A stretch of DNA of 64,000 nucleotides from the human T2T-CHM13v2.0 reference genome, Homo sapiens: assembly GCF_009914755.1 (NCBI RefSeq), contig NC_060936.1. One strand, 5' to 3'. Under the pieces are notes generated by a model. The model saw only the letters and a program-made list of their open reading frames with translations, did no database searches and was not told where the DNA came from. Both the position numbers and the translations under genes were made by a program. Shown piece after piece: positions 13,424-27,646 of the stretch. How positions within the stretch are numbered: the stretch's first letter is position 1; every line of letters begins with the position of its first letter.

Positions 13424-14140
13424 CAGGGGGCCTTGTGCGACTCTGGGAGGTGGCTTTGCGTGGGGGGCAGCTGCCCTACTGTCGGGCATGGTTATGCTTT
13501 TCTTCCAGACACCCCGAAAATCTTGGTGCTCGGTGGGCTCGCCCCAGCCGTGCTTCCTGGGGGGCGGCCTCTCCGGGCCGGGCTGGGGGTCGTCGTTCCT
13601 GAGGAGGCCACCAGGGCCCACCTGCTCCCCAAAGTCCTCCTCCACGCTGCTCTGCCGGGTCAGCGTCCGCCGCCGGGCCAGCAGCGGCCTCGGGCCCCTC
13701 CTGCAGGGACAGTGACCAGGGCCTGGGCTGCACGCGGCCACGGTGTTTCCGAAGCCAAACCGCGACTCGTCCTCTTCACTCCCACAGTCCAGGCCGCTGT
13801 CCGGGCTCCGGGTGGCCGAGCGGCTGAACCGACAGCCCCTGTCTTCCAGAAGGAAGTCCTCCACGTGGGGGACGGCCCCCGAGCCCCTGTGCTTCACCGG
13901 GAACCAGGAGCCCCGAGGGGCCTCGTCGCCCCTGTAGGGCCTGCCGGGCCTGGGCTCTCTGGCCAGCCCCGTCCTGGCCCTGGGGGACGGCCCTGCACCC
14001 TGCTTGTGTAGCAGCCCACAGCACTCTCCGTCCTCTTCCGCTACTTCGGGGATACTGAAAAGTCTCTTCCTGTGGGGCTGGTGGGGAAACTCGGGCTGCT
14101 CCCAGAAAGTGCCTTCCGAGGTCCTATGGTCAGTGCAGTC
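13424..14140 (-). CDS. RIMBP2: 717-nt alternative cassette exon DCTDHRTSEG...RKRLFSIPEVAEE...SPDSGLDCGSEEDE...RVAQGPL, phase 0-0
   Basis: Acceptor ccccgtaag|GACTGC and donor CTG|gtgtgt; 239 open codons within ORF 13286..14248; CpG-rich like the other exons; LFSIPE motif typical of the RIM-BP family linker. Confidence 0.82.
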
Positions 14141-15517
14141 CTTACGGGGTGGTGTGTCAAGAACAGGCGCGGGAAAGAGTGTGTGGTCAGCATGAAGTGG
14201 GGGCCAGGGGAGGAAAGAAAATACAGACAGAATTAGTCCTGGAGGCACCGAGGGGGGGGAAGCATGCGTCTACTCAGGCCGGGGGCATGCCGTGGAGGGC
14301 TCTGCAATGAAAACAGAATGGGTTACGGGGCTGGGGCGGGGTGGAGGCTGAGGCAGAGCACACGCAGAGCCAGCGGGCCGGGCAGGAGCCAGCGCCATGC
14401 ATCCAGCCAAGGAGAGGGCAGGTGAGATCCCGGCGGCACATCAGGCCCCACAGTGCCCACGGTACCGCTGCTGTAGATGGTGGGTGTGGCCACGGTGCCA
14501 GGGGAGACTGCCCGGGGGCTACATCCTCAGAAACCCTGAGGGCAGCTGCCACTGGAGGCCGTGTGTGACTGGAGACAGTTCACCAGACACGGAGCCTGAC
14601 CCGTCCCTGTCCATCCACTGGGCCCACTTCCCTTCCAGCGCTCGGCACCCTCTGCAGGACTTTCTAGTTAGGCCGACGTGTCACCCTTCTCCCTAAGATA
14701 CAAGCTGCGTGAAACCACGCCATCCCCGGCCCCACCAACAGCGCCCGCACACCATCGTGCAGAGTCTGTGTCAGCAAAGGACTGGGGTCCGCCTGTCTCC
14801 TCTGCATCCTGCATCAAGTCCCTGAGAGCCACACTTGAGCCATCACAGTCTCCAGTGGGTGGCACAGAGCTGGCCACACCGGGAGCTGCTTAACCAGACC
14901 AGTGTCCATGACTTTTATACTGCCCGTCTGCACGCCATCACTCTCTGCCGGGGACAGCCCTCAACTCACCCTCTACCCAAAGAGCATGAAGGACTCCTGA
15001 CTGGTCTCTCCTTCAAGGGGGCTTGGCTGACCGCCCAGGCAAAGCGTGCCCCTGGGTCCTGGCCGTCGGCCCTCGGGATGCTCAGTAGAGATGAGCCACA
15101 TGGGCACGGAACAGGGCCACTTGTCTGTCCCCCCTCTTGCTGTGGGCCCCTTGATCTTGGGGACCATGTGGGATTTGCCTAACACAGGGTCTGCCATGGG
15201 CCTGGGACTTGCCACAAGCCAGGTGAGGAGGCATCGGGGCACACACTGTGCAGCTGATAGCTCTCTCCCTTCACTTTGCAGATTCGGGAGCACATCAGCT
15301 AATATTGGAGCGAATAAGGACATCGAAAACAAACCATCCTTAGAGGACAGGGATGGCAACCCCAGGCACTTTCCAAGGCAGGCGGGAATGAGTGAACCAG
15401 GCCAGCGGGGGCCGAACATCTGCCGTGCCCATCAGGGATCCGGCTCCGCTACAGCTCCTCACTGCCACGTGAGAACGTGTGCGCTGAGTGGCCAGATCTC
15501 TGTACCACATCTTGTAA

Positions 15518-15859
<342 letters not shown>

Positions 15860-17460
15860 TCCTACATGATTTCTAAAACCAGACAACACCTTGTGGATGG
15901 GAGAGGGAGGCTGCTGCCATCCTGGCCAAGCTCCAGCCCCGGCGATCCCCCTATTGCTAAGAGGTGGAGGGAGTGGGGCTGTGCCTGTGGGGGTGGGGCT
16001 CAGCCCAGGAACTTTATGATGAACTCGCTTGACCCTGGGCCACCTTCTGAGGAGAGAAGGTGACATTATTTCTCTACTGAGCAATTCCCGGGCTCTTCCT
16101 CCATCAAAAGGAAAGGCATCAGGGGGCGGGGGAAGACCAGCTGCCCGCCTCACCGGGCCTGACTCATGGGCACTTTTTCGGAGCTCCTGGCTCTGGGGCA
16201 CACAGAGGGGTCGTGGGGTCAGACTGGACCACTCCGCAAAGGCCAGTGTGAATCTGCTCCGTGGTGTCACCTGGGAGCGGGGACGGAGGAGCTGCCGGGG
16301 ATAGCACGTGCTGCACCATGCAGGGTTTGCATAGGGATCTGGCATGTTCTTTGGTGACAGGACATCCCCCAAGGCCCTGCCAGGGGCCTTTGCCAGGAGA
16401 ACATAAGTCAGTCTTGTCTATGCAAGTAGGCACCGAGTTGGCAGGCCAGATTTGGATGAGTCTTCTGTCCACCATTCAAAATGCACGCCCTCTGTTCCTG
16501 GAGAAAGCAGTGCTGGGAAGCTTCGTCCCGGGGGATTTCCTCTCCAAGGCCTTTTTCATTTGGAAAACCCACAAAGCTCCTACCAATGGCTTGCCTTTGT
16601 CTGTCTCCCCATTAGGTTGGGACCTGAAGAGGGCACCCCTTAGCCTAGCACAGGGCCTGGTGCATAGAGCTGGTCATCCCGCACTGCCCTGCAGAGCACA
16701 TGAATGCGGGAGTCGGACGCACTGGCCAGCAACCGCAGCAGCAATGACAAACATCTCCCCAAGGCCAGGACCAAGGGAAAGCCACGTGGATGGGAAACCC
16801 ACCCTCCTTGGCTCTAGGGTGCCTCGAGCTCAATATTCCTGCAGGTAACTGCCCGTCGACCCCTTGCTGATGGCCTCTGCCAGAGCAGAAGGGAGAGGGT
16901 CTAGCGGGAGGTGGTCTGAGCAGGTGCATGGAGCCTCCAGCCTGTCTTTGAGGCCGGTGTGATCAGATGTGGGACACCCATCTCTTCCGACCTCACTGTG
17001 CTTGACCCCTGCCCACCACCAGGCAGGGCCACCATAGTGCCCTCCTTTAAGGAGCTCCCTGCTGACCACACCGTCCTGGCCTCCGCTTTACATTTAGAGG
17101 TTGATGCACGCTCTCTCGGCTGCCGATTCTCTCGAGATGAGACTTAAGGCTGTGGAGGGGGTTCTTCTTTGTTCTATTCCCCCCACTTCAGTTCCTGGCA
17201 CAGAGCTGGGTGCCCCCTGGAGGGTGCCAAATAGATTCCTCTAAACTCCTTTACCCAGACCTTTTGGCCAAGAGCAAGACAGGAGTGTAGGTAATTCCCA
17301 AATGCAGATTCAATAGTGAGAAAGAAGCGAATCCAAATCCGAGGGCTACTGGTTGTAGGGCAAGGCCCCTCTGGAGCCTGCCTCACCAGCCCCAGCAAAG
17401 GGACGTGGATGGAGCTACTCTGGGGACGGAGTGCAGGGTCCCCCTTCCCCAGCCACTCAC

Positions 17461-17619
17461 CTTGAGGGCATTGTGGGACGTGCCGCTGGGCCGCCTCCTT
17501 CCCCCATCTTCCAGCTGCATTTCAGAATACAGCTCCTCCTCGTCCTCCTCCATGATGTCTGAGAGGTCAGACCCCCGGCTGCTCTCTGTGTGGTACTCGT
17601 CTCCATGGCAACAGTGCGG
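17461..17619 (-). CDS. RIMBP2: Exon PHCCHGDEYH...SDLSDIMEEDEEE...SHNALK, 159 nt, phase 0-0
   Basis: cccccag|CCGCAC...AAG|gtgagt. Confidence 0.95.
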
Positions 17620-18097
17620 CTGGGGGCCAAGAAAAGGGGCTACTGAGCGGGTGGCTCCTCCCGCATCCTACAAGAGGCCAGATTGAGCTTGCCAACCCTT
17701 TCCCTGCTTCGCTGACTCACGGGGCTCACAGGCCTAGAGACGGGCACAGGGTGTGTGTTACTCGTTCTGGAAAGTGAGGCTGGAGAGAGGACACACCCAC
17801 TCTCTCTGTTGAAGTGGCACAGATGGGATCAGCGCAGGTCTCTCAGCTCCAACAGGTACAGAAACACCTGAGCTCTGGACAAGATAGAAAACCCACTGGG
17901 GCTTACAAGACACGCGGGCAGAATGTCCATTTCTGGGCACCCTCAGCTTCTCCAACTTATTGGCTGGACAAAGGCTCCAAACTCTGGTGACGGTGGGGAT
18001 CAGTGCACACCAGGTGTACCCTGGATCCAGCATTGTGTCAGAGAGGCAGGGGGATAGTGGTAAGGTGAGGTGTATATGTACCATAAAAAGACACTTA

Positions 18098-18503
<406 letters not shown>

Positions 18504-19906
18504 TTACTCCGGGCCCAGCTCAGCCTCAGCATGAGACGAAGATTGTGCAGATAGTAGGGGCACTGGGCGGAGGCTGCGGACAGCAGAAAGGCTTCAACAA
18601 AAAAGTGTGTTTAAATGAAGAGGCTACCTGGTAACATGCCAGCTTGGAGACAGCGACAGCCCTGGTGGTCTCTCCCAGTGATGGTGCCAGCAGCAGCCGC
18701 TGGGTTTCCACTCACAGAGAAAGCACCTAGTCACGTGGTAACGGTATTCAAAGCAAAGTAAACCTTCGACAACTCGAACTACACGTTCTGATGCACTCAG
18801 ATTGATGAATGTAATACATCCATAAAGATATTCTGTTTTTGCTACATGGTATCGATTAAGAACAGTTTATTTTGCGGGGGTGTGGCAAGACAAAGGTATT
18901 CAATAGCATTCTGTGACGTATTTATCTAAAAAAAAATCTGGTTTCAATTCCTAACCCAGATGAAGATGTGTATGCATTGGCGTCACGGTCAGTTCCTGGC
19001 CTGCTGAGGGAAGCTGCGTGGGGCTGCGGGCGGAAGGTTCCCTGCCCCAAGCCCGTGAGAGGGAGGACGGGAAGGGCCTCGGCCGGGCAGTCTGCAACAC
19101 CAGCCTCTCAGCTGCGCCAGCCCTAATGCTTCCAACCAGGCTCCAAGCGGAAGGCACGAAAGCGAACTGGGTTTAAATGGATTTAAAAGGTGAGACTGGG
19201 TCTAACGAGGCCCTCCCAAGGCCTCTGGGGAGGGACTGCCTGCACCACCGCACAGTCTCACTTTATTCAACCCCAGCAGTGAGCTAGGGGTCAACTCCTG
19301 GGACGGAAGGAGGTGTCTGGCATTCGCCAGATGCTTGAGGTCAGCCCTCTCTCCATTCTTGGAATAGTGTTCTAAGCAAAGGTCACCAGCATTTCAGTGA
19401 GATGTCTAGTGACTGGCTGAAGGCGCTCAGCAAGTAAACGACAGGGCTGGGACCAGGGTCCAGGTCTGCCCTTGCCTCTGCTGACAGAGAACATAACCTT
19501 AGACACTCTACTTGGTGGGTGCCTTCTCCTAGGGGGACACGCAGCTTTACCCTCCAGTCCTCAGTGGAGAATGCCAGCAGGCAGATGGCCCTCCCTGGGG
19601 ATAGGGGAGGTGGTGAGCCCCGCATCCAGCAGGAGGCCTGTGGCTATAAATTTCACTTATAAAGAGGCTGAGGTAAAGCCTCCACGAGACAGGATTTGGA
19701 TCATCACTATAGCAAACTTCAGTCTTATCACTCGGCAAACCACCTTTTCTCTCGCCAAACTAAAAATCACAAATTCCTCTTAAAAGCCTCTTTCCTTAGA
19801 TTTAATAAGGGTACAGACTTTCGGTTACATGTGGAGCAGGTTCTGGGGGCCTAGTATTCAGCATGGGCAATGACGGATGTACTAATTAACTTGACTGGGA
19901 CAGTCA

Positions 19907-20212
19907 TTTTTTTTTTTTTTTTTTTTTTTTGAGATGGAGTCTCACCCTGTTGCCCAGACTGGAGTGTGGTATCACCATCTCGGTTCACTGCAACCTCCAC
20001 CTCCCAGGTTCAAGCAATTCTCGTGCCTCAGCCTCCTGAGTAGCTGGGATTACAGGCACCTGCCACCACGCCCAGCTAATTTTTATATTTTTAGTGGAGA
20101 CGGAGTTTCACCATGTTGGCCTGGCTGGTCTCAAACTCCTGACCTCAAGTGATCCACCCGCCTTGGCCTCCCAAAGTGCTGGGAATACAGGCTTGAGCCA
20201 CCACACTCAGCC
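19907..20212 (-). mobile_element. AluS element inserted in an old L1 3'-end fragment (about 19800-20310)
   Basis: Reverse Alu consensus with poly(T). Confidence 0.94.
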
Positions 20213-21144
20213 ATGCTGACAGTCTTTACGTAATGTGTACCCACATCCGGTCATCAAGACGTACACCCGGAACATAGACAATCTTTGTCAATGAAATACT
20301 TTTAAAAATAGATAACTAAAGATATTATTTATTGGTACAGTGAGCATTTTTCATTGTGGACTTAATGAAAATGCTTTTGTAATATTGGGAGAATGGAGGT
20401 GATTTTTTCAGAGCAAATGTCCCAGCTACTCTCAGCCTCCCTTCTTTCATTCATTCATTCGACAAACATTCATTGAGCACCTACTATGTGTGAAATGCTA
20501 GAGATACCGTAGTCAACTAAAAGTGGAGGCTTCCACCCACTAGAACATCGGTGTCTTGGAGCAGATGGGATAGCGCCAGGGGGTAAGGGCTCATGTGACG
20601 GGGCGGGCAGCATGGGGAAGCGGATGGTCAGGGAACACTTCCCGGGTTGTAAAACTGGCAGTCTGTGCACCAGCTCAACTTCAGTCACTCCCTACCACTG
20701 TCATGATGCGTCACCTAGCCAGACGCCATCTGTATGATTAATGAATGTATTCTTTGAATTGAATCAATATTTAACGTTACTTTTAAAGAAAATATCTCAA
20801 CTGTAAATGGAAAATAAGTATCACTTATTTTATGTTATATTATTATATTATTAACAATATATATTAACAATTAATATATTGTTATATTATTATGTTATGA
20901 ATACAACATAAAACAATGCTGCTAAATATTAACGCTTTTTAAATTTTAATAGAAACAGACCTGTTTGCTCTGTTAAAAAACAAAACAAGCAGGAAAACGT
21001 GTTAATAGCATGCTTGGCCAAACAGACTTCCTCTGCAGTCTCATCAGAAGGAGTGGGAGGCCCTCGGAAGTGCAGAGCTGTGTTTCTGCCGCTGTGTTTC
21101 TACTCTTCTCTAGAAAAGTCATCTCTTGTAGCAGGTGTGGTCAT

Positions 21145-21342
21145 CCAGAGCTGGGCGTCAGCACTGGTGGCCACCAGCCACGTGTGGCTGTTTACATGTA
21201 AACTAATTAGAATGTAAACTAATCTGGAACTAATTTTATAGAAGTAAAAATTCAGGGCCTCAGTCACACTCAGCCCCAGGTGGCCACATGTCAAGGGCTC
21301 TGGGGCCACCTGGGGCTGTGGCTGCCATAAGACAGCGCTGAA
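21145..21342. mobile_element. hAT-Charlie DNA transposon remnant (MER33/MER3-like)
   Basis: gccaccagccacgtgtggctg...agccccaggtggccacatgtcaag pattern; family tentative. Confidence 0.55.
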
Positions 21343-21735
21343 TGCCGATCTCAAAAACCAGTGGGGGTATGGGTCCTTCACCCAGAGAACAAGTGCTCCA
21401 GCCTTTCCTCCGGGTTTGTAACCTGAGCAGATTGCAGGGAAGGTGATGATTCACTCCTGGATAGGTGAGGAGAACGTGGCACATGGGGAAAGGCGTGGAA
21501 ACAGGTCTTCTTCAGGCCTCGGTTCAATCTAATTCCAGCTCTGTTAGGAGACCATCTGCGTAATCATGGACAAAAATTCTCAATTCTGTGGGCCTCAGTT
21601 TCCCTGTATACATAAAATAAGAGCTTACGTTTACTGAGCACTTACTACTTGCCAGTTGTGTTTTGCGTGTCATGTAATACACAGAAAGCCTCATAAAACC
21701 TGTGCTATCGTGGCAGGTGTTGCTGGCTCGACATT

Positions 21736-22121
21736 TGCTATGGACTAAGTTGTATTTCCCCACCCCACCCTATTCAGAAGTTGAAACCTTAACCCCCAGT
21801 GTGACTTTATTTGGAGATGAGCTATTTAAAGAAGTGATTAAGATTAAATGACATCATGATGGTAGGGTCCTAATCCAATAGGACTATTTTCCTTATAAAA
21901 AGAGGACAAGATACTAGGGATGTACAGAGAAAAGGCCACGTGAGGACTCAGGGAGAAGGCACCATCTGCAGGCCTCGGGGAGGCCTCAGGGGAAAGAAAC
22001 CAGCCCTGCTGGTGCCTCGGCCCTGGACTTCCAGCCCCCAGCACTGTGAGAAACAGACTTCTGTTGTTTGAGCCACCTGATCTATGGTATTCTGTGACGG
22101 CAGCCCCAGCAGACGAGTACA
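21736..22121 (+). mobile_element. MaLR LTR (MLT1A-like)
   Basis: tgctatggact...ttgtttgagccacc...tatggtattctgtgacggcagcc...tacA. Confidence 0.8.
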
Positions 22122-22185
22122 ACAGTCAACAGAAATCCTATCTCCAGAACTCACCCAGGGCCCAGCACCAAGAAAAGGAATCATC

Positions 22186-22862
22186 TGTGACCCAAGAGAC
22201 CAAAACAGATACCTCTTTCTCAACTGAGATGGCCCCTAAGGTTAGGGAAATAAAAGGTACCTGGGGCCGAGGGGTCAAGGCCTGGCTGGCATGGCTGCTC
22301 TGTAAATTCCTACGCTGCAAGAAAACCCACACTCTTGCTAAACTCCAGAACAACAGGCGCTATGGGACTCCTCCTAACTCTCATTTACAACCCAGACCAC
22401 GCAACTCCAACTGGGCAGAGGACCGGCCTTACACACACTCTTTTCTGATAAGCGACTGTAGACATTAAGCCGGTTTCAGCTTAAAGAGGCTTAAGCCCAT
22501 TTTAGCTTAGGCTTTGAGTCGTGGGGTTTACCTTTTGGTGGAAAGAGCCAATTCCACCTCATTCTAACACTAAAACCCGCCCCATGTGCGGTGCACACAG
22601 AGGATGCTACAGATATGTCTACTCACTGCATGTGCGTGTGACTCCTCTCGGATGGATGCACAGCCTTTCCCCAACCTGAATGCATATGGTTCTGTGTAAT
22701 GTGGACCCTGTGAGGCATAAAAATCACCCTGCCCTTCCCTCTTCAGAGAGAGCACCCTCAGCACATGCCAGAGCCTCTCTCTTCCTGGTCTGCAAACTGA
22801 TGTCACCAATAAAGCTCTCCTTTCTACCTCTGAGCCTTCCTGGTGGGCTTTCGGATGACACA
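22186..22862 (+). mobile_element. ERV solo LTR (family uncertain)
   Basis: TG...CA-bounded GC-balanced segment with an internal AATAAA at about 22808 and an LTR-like U5. Confidence 0.6.
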
Positions 22863-24015
22863 TCACTGATAAGCCATTCATTGGAAGCCAGTTCCTGCCT
22901 GGGTGGTGGCCATGTGACCTCAGTCTGCTCAGCGAGATGTCATAGAAAGTCTGACTGGAAGGAAGTCTGGCTTCCGTCCATCCCTTTTTTCCTTCTTGGG
23001 GTGTTCTCATAGGACGGTGTGATTATTGGAGCTATGGCAGCCACTTTGTAACCACGAGAGAAAGGCCAAGAGAATGGACGAGACAGAACTCAGACCCCTG
23101 ACACACTGAGAGCCAAAAATCCACCTCGCAGCCTCTACTGCAGACTCCCTGTGATGTGGGGTAATTAAACGACTTTGTTGTCTTAGCCGTGATTAGTTGG
23201 GCATTCCGTTTCTGAACGATTTGGATCTTCCAGATGAAGAACGTCATGGCCGGAGGAGTCGGGGGACTTGTTCACCTGTGGTCTGTAACCAGCCGGGACA
23301 TAAACCCAGGCCTGAGAGATGCCAGTCCCCCTCTCCGGGTATGGGGCTGTTTTGCTGTGGGAGTGGGTTCAGAGGATACTGTGTGATCTGATAACTGCAG
23401 CGTCTTCGAGCTCCCACTATTTAGCATTCCCCAGGCCCTCGGTTATTTCCAGTCCCTCCTGTTGTCCAAGTTTTGTTCTTTACAGCATCTGAGGGCATTT
23501 CCATTAGAATATGCACGATCGGAAATTAGACAGAAACCCCAAACTGGCTGAATGTCTTCCTCATGAGCCCAGCTCTGCCGTTTTGCTGTTCTGAAGGACG
23601 AACACTGACTGTGTTATTTTTGGCTCCCATGATGCCTCCCTAGCACACAGATGGCCAACAAACATCTGCCCAGTTAACGGAGGTGAATGAGCGAATGGCA
23701 GGTTCTGCCTGAACTGAGCCTAACCCTACCCGGACCTGCAAAACCACCCCTATGACCGAATACCAGGATGGTGCAGCGGGGGAGGGTGGAAGCCCTGCAC
23801 TTCGACTTTTTCAATTATCCCCAATGAGGGTATGTGACAGGCATTAAATATAAACTTCAGAAACCTAGCACGACTTAGGACCCCAGCTGGGCGTCTCCAT
23901 CTCTCTCAGGGACCCAAGGGTAGCGGGGAAAGTGCCCATGTCTCTTGATCTCCACGGGGCCCGCTCCGAGCCCGCGCCCACCAGGAGGATGGTGTGGGGC
24001 CCGGCCCGCTCTCAC

Positions 24016-24162
24016 CTGCTTGCCAAGTTCAGAGCCTTTCAGGAAGTCGTCCACCGAGGCGCCCCTCCTCTTGAAGTCTGGAGAGTCATAGGCGTCCTCC
24101 TCGTCTGAGGCGGCGTACTGCCCCGCGCTGCTTCTCTCTAGGAAGACGCTCCTTTTCTCTAA
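24016..24162 (-). CDS. RIMBP2: Exon LEKRSVF...GSELGKQ, 147 nt, phase 0-0
   Basis: tttttctttccaag|TTAGAG...CAG|gtgaga. Confidence 0.95.
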
Positions 24163-24332
24163 CTTGGAAAGAAAAAGGAGGCACACGGGTGAGGCAGGGC
24201 CACCTTCAGCTACGCTCAGCCCCACCTGCATTCACCAAACCTTCAGCCCCTCAGAGCCTGGCCAGGCACCCCCCACACAGTGCTTTGGGCCCAGCTCTGC
24301 CGCCCTCTCGCTGCCCCAGACCCACCAGAATC

Positions 24333-24625
24333 TTTTTTTTTTTTTGAGACAGAGTCTCACTCTGTCGCCCAGGCTGGAGTGCAGTGGCATGATCATAGCT
24401 CACTGAAACCTCTGTCTCCCAGGTTCAAGCAATTCTCCTGCCACAGCCTCCCGAGTAGCTGAGACTACAAGCATGCACCACCATGCCTGGCTAAGTTTTG
24501 TATTTTTAGTAGAGACAGAGTTTCACTGTTGGTCAGGCTGGTCTCAAACTCCTGAGCTCAGGTGATCTGCCCACCTCGGCCTCCCAAACTACTGGGATTA
24601 CAGGCATGAGCCACCGCGTCCAGCC
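24333..24625 (-). mobile_element. Alu element (AluS/J)
   Basis: Reverse Alu consensus. Confidence 0.94.
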
Positions 24626-26123
24626 TCTTTTTAACCTTTGAGGTAACATTTGGATACACAGATGACTCCTCATTCCCTCCATTGGTCTCCTCTGCCCAGC
24701 TTTTATTAATAATTTGATCAATTCACATTTGTCTGAAACATAGGACTTGGAAGTATTTGCTTTCTCTCCCGCCCCAGGCTTCCCTGCCTTCACAGCCTTC
24801 TTGGGGACCTGGAGCAGAAGTGGAGCCGCATCCCACAGGGCAGCTGCTACCCCGTCCTGCCCACGGCCTCCCCAGAAGCACCACCTCCCAAGCTCAGGGC
24901 TTGGGCTCCTGCCTGTGAACCAATCAGAGCCATGGTGAATTCACATATTCTGAAGGGCTTCCTTTATAGAAAGGCCACAAATTCATGTTTAGTATTTTTA
25001 TTAGTGGCCAATGTCGAACGAATTAGCAAATTTCACAGAAAATTTCCAGTTTTTCAGGAGGTGCTGAGGTGCTGCCGGGGCAGCCCCACTCAGGAGGACG
25101 GGGTGGGGGCGGAAGGTAGCTCCCTGCCCAGTGTCACCATCGTCCTTTCTGTCCTCCTAGACACACCTGAGCTGCTCAGCATTGACCTCTCACAGTGCGT
25201 GCCCCGCCTCGGTTTCCCTGGCCCGGCCCCCAGCCCAGAGGAACACTCACAGGAGGACAGTGTAGGGTCCCGGTGAGACCCCACAGGCTGACCCAGCAGG
25301 GCCGAGGGTCCTGACCAGGGCTGTGCTGCCACCTCAGGTGGAAACGGGCTCAACACAACAGGAGAGATGAGAGCGGGTTCTGGGTGGGGATGCGGGCACA
25401 CGTTCTGGCTCCCAGCCCCACATCTCTTCCCCTAGCCCTGCACGGGGGGCATTGCTCTGCAGGTGATTTCTCAAAAACGCACGTCCCGTTGTGTGTATCA
25501 TCCGGAACATGCCCTACCACAATCCACATGCTCTCTCCTGGACCCAGAAAAGTTCAGTTAGCAGGCATGCAAATATGTATGCAGGGGTCTATATGTCCGT
25601 ATGCGTTTCTACACATAGGTACAGATGTATGTATATACATGAGGGTGCATACAGATACGTGTATCTATGGGTGCATGTCCATATATGTATAGACACATAT
25701 GTGCATGTGTGTGTATATATTTACATGCACACACACACAGAACCTAGGACTCTGCAGCCAGCAAAACCAGGAAGAGCCTGGTTCAGGAAAGTGGGTCCTG
25801 GCCAACTTCCACCGGGCAACTCTCAGACCCCTTGTCGCACACCAAGGCCATGTCTGGATTCTTCTGAGCCTGCTTTCTAAGCCAGGCAAGTGCCTGGCAT
25901 TTCCTTAGTTATGTGGCTACATATTAGCAAATAAAAAACACCATTTAACTCAGTCAGGATCAGGCACATGACAGAGTCCACCAGCAAAGCGGTGGGCTGA
26001 GCGCGGCCCCCCTCCCTGCAAGCTGGGATGCGGGTCCCCCTCCATGGGCTGGGGAGATTACAGGGCCCCGTCCCGTGGGGTTTGGGGACTGAGGAGCCAC
26101 CGAGGCGGGAGCCCCAGCCTTAC

Positions 26124-26573
26124 CCTGCTGCTCTCGGCCACCCTCTGCGCGGCCTCCCGGGCCATGGCCTTGGCGACGGTGGTGGACACCGGGGTGCCCT
26201 GTGGCTGTGGCAGGATGCGGCTGGGTGAGGGCGACCGCCTTCCGGGGCCCACGGGCGGCTCCAGCATGTGCCCATGCACAGGGCCAGGTGCACGGCTCTG
26301 CTCCCAGGCCTCATCCATCCTGGCGTGGGGACCCAGGTGCTCGTCTTTGGTTTCGGGGACTCCAGAACTTGCTAATGGCTTTGATTGGGGTGCAGGTCTC
26401 GGGTGGGGGGTAGGAGGCACCAGGAGCTCGGGGGGAACGGCAGCAACTGCAGAGTCCACGGACTCGCCCTGGGCGGAGAGGGTCCGCACGGTCACGCCCT
26501 TGGCCTCCAGGCTCCGCAGCCGCACAAGCTCCACGGCCGTGCTGTCTGCCGTGGGGAAGATGACTTCAGCCAC
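26124..26573 (-). CDS. RIMBP2: Exon VAEVIF...QRVAESSR, end of FN3-3 plus Pro-rich linker, 450 nt, phase 0-0
   Basis: ccacag|GTGGCT...AGG|gtaagg; ORF 26058..26573. Confidence 0.96.
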
Positions 26574-27646
26574 CTGTGGACAAGCAGAGCTGGCTCGCGG
26601 GCTGCCCGAGGTGAGCCCCGCGGTCCTGCAATGGGGAGCCGACCAGTCCTCTGCCCAGAGGCCAGGTGCAAAGGATCATGCCCAGCGACCTCCGACTCCA
26701 ACCACCCGCCAGGTATGGAAGCTCCAGGAAGTCTTGCGGGGAGGGGGCGGGGCAGGTTCACAGACCTCAGGCCCCAGGACCCAATCAGTGGTAGAGGGTT
26801 CCGTCAGGCCAGTGACGTCAACCATTTATCTCCCATCCTCTGGACCCATTCTGAGTAGATGCAGGGGCCAGAGAGGGGAGTGAGTGTCAGGTTTATTACC
26901 ACCACAGCTGGAGGGAAGAGAGGGGCTCAGGCAGAGGCCAACGTGGGCTTCCGACTGCTGGGAGAGAACAGGGCTGAGGGCCTCCTCTGCAGGGGCCAGG
27001 GCCCATGCTGGGGACTTCCCGCCTCAGAGCACAGGAGTCTGCAGGAAGCGGCTCAGGCAGACGCACTGCCTCTGTTCCCAAGTCACCCCTGCTCCTGCAG
27101 GGCGGAGCTGGGGACGGTGAGGAGCAGCTGCTTTCCCAAGCCCTCCCTGAGGGCAGATGCTTCTACTTCACCCCAGGCAGGGATAGGGGGCTGGTGTCCT
27201 TGGTTCCCCACACCAGGCACCAGGGATATACCCATTTCTTGGAGTCAAGGCCTGGTCACCTGTTCACGTGCAGACCCAGCAGTATCTTAAGGCGGGACGC
27301 GCCTTCGGCCATGGGTATCATCGTGCTAAGACTCAGTTTGTTGAAATTAATAAGGCAGTCATCAATCAAGAATGTTCTGATACTAGGGGTCCCCTCTCTG
27401 GCCCCTGCATTTTTAATCCAGAGCAGAGCAGGGCAGGGGATGAGTGAGGGGAGCGAGATGGGGGGAGTGCTGGAAGTGAGGAAGGGGTCCTGGGGTTCAC
27501 GCTGATGGAGTCTTCGGGGTTGAGGGTGCCTCCAGTGATCAGGGCTGGAAGAGCAGACCCTGCCTCCTCCACTGAGCAAATACCGGGCCGGTCCCTGCTG
27601 CGTTAGGGCCTAACAAACCCTCCCCACCCACCCAACGAAAACTCAC

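Noticed and set aside
26044-26883. 279-aa plus-strand ORF (also 31389..32111 and 13433..14011)
   Set aside because: Antisense shadows of GC-rich RIMBP2 exons, with no independent evidence of coding
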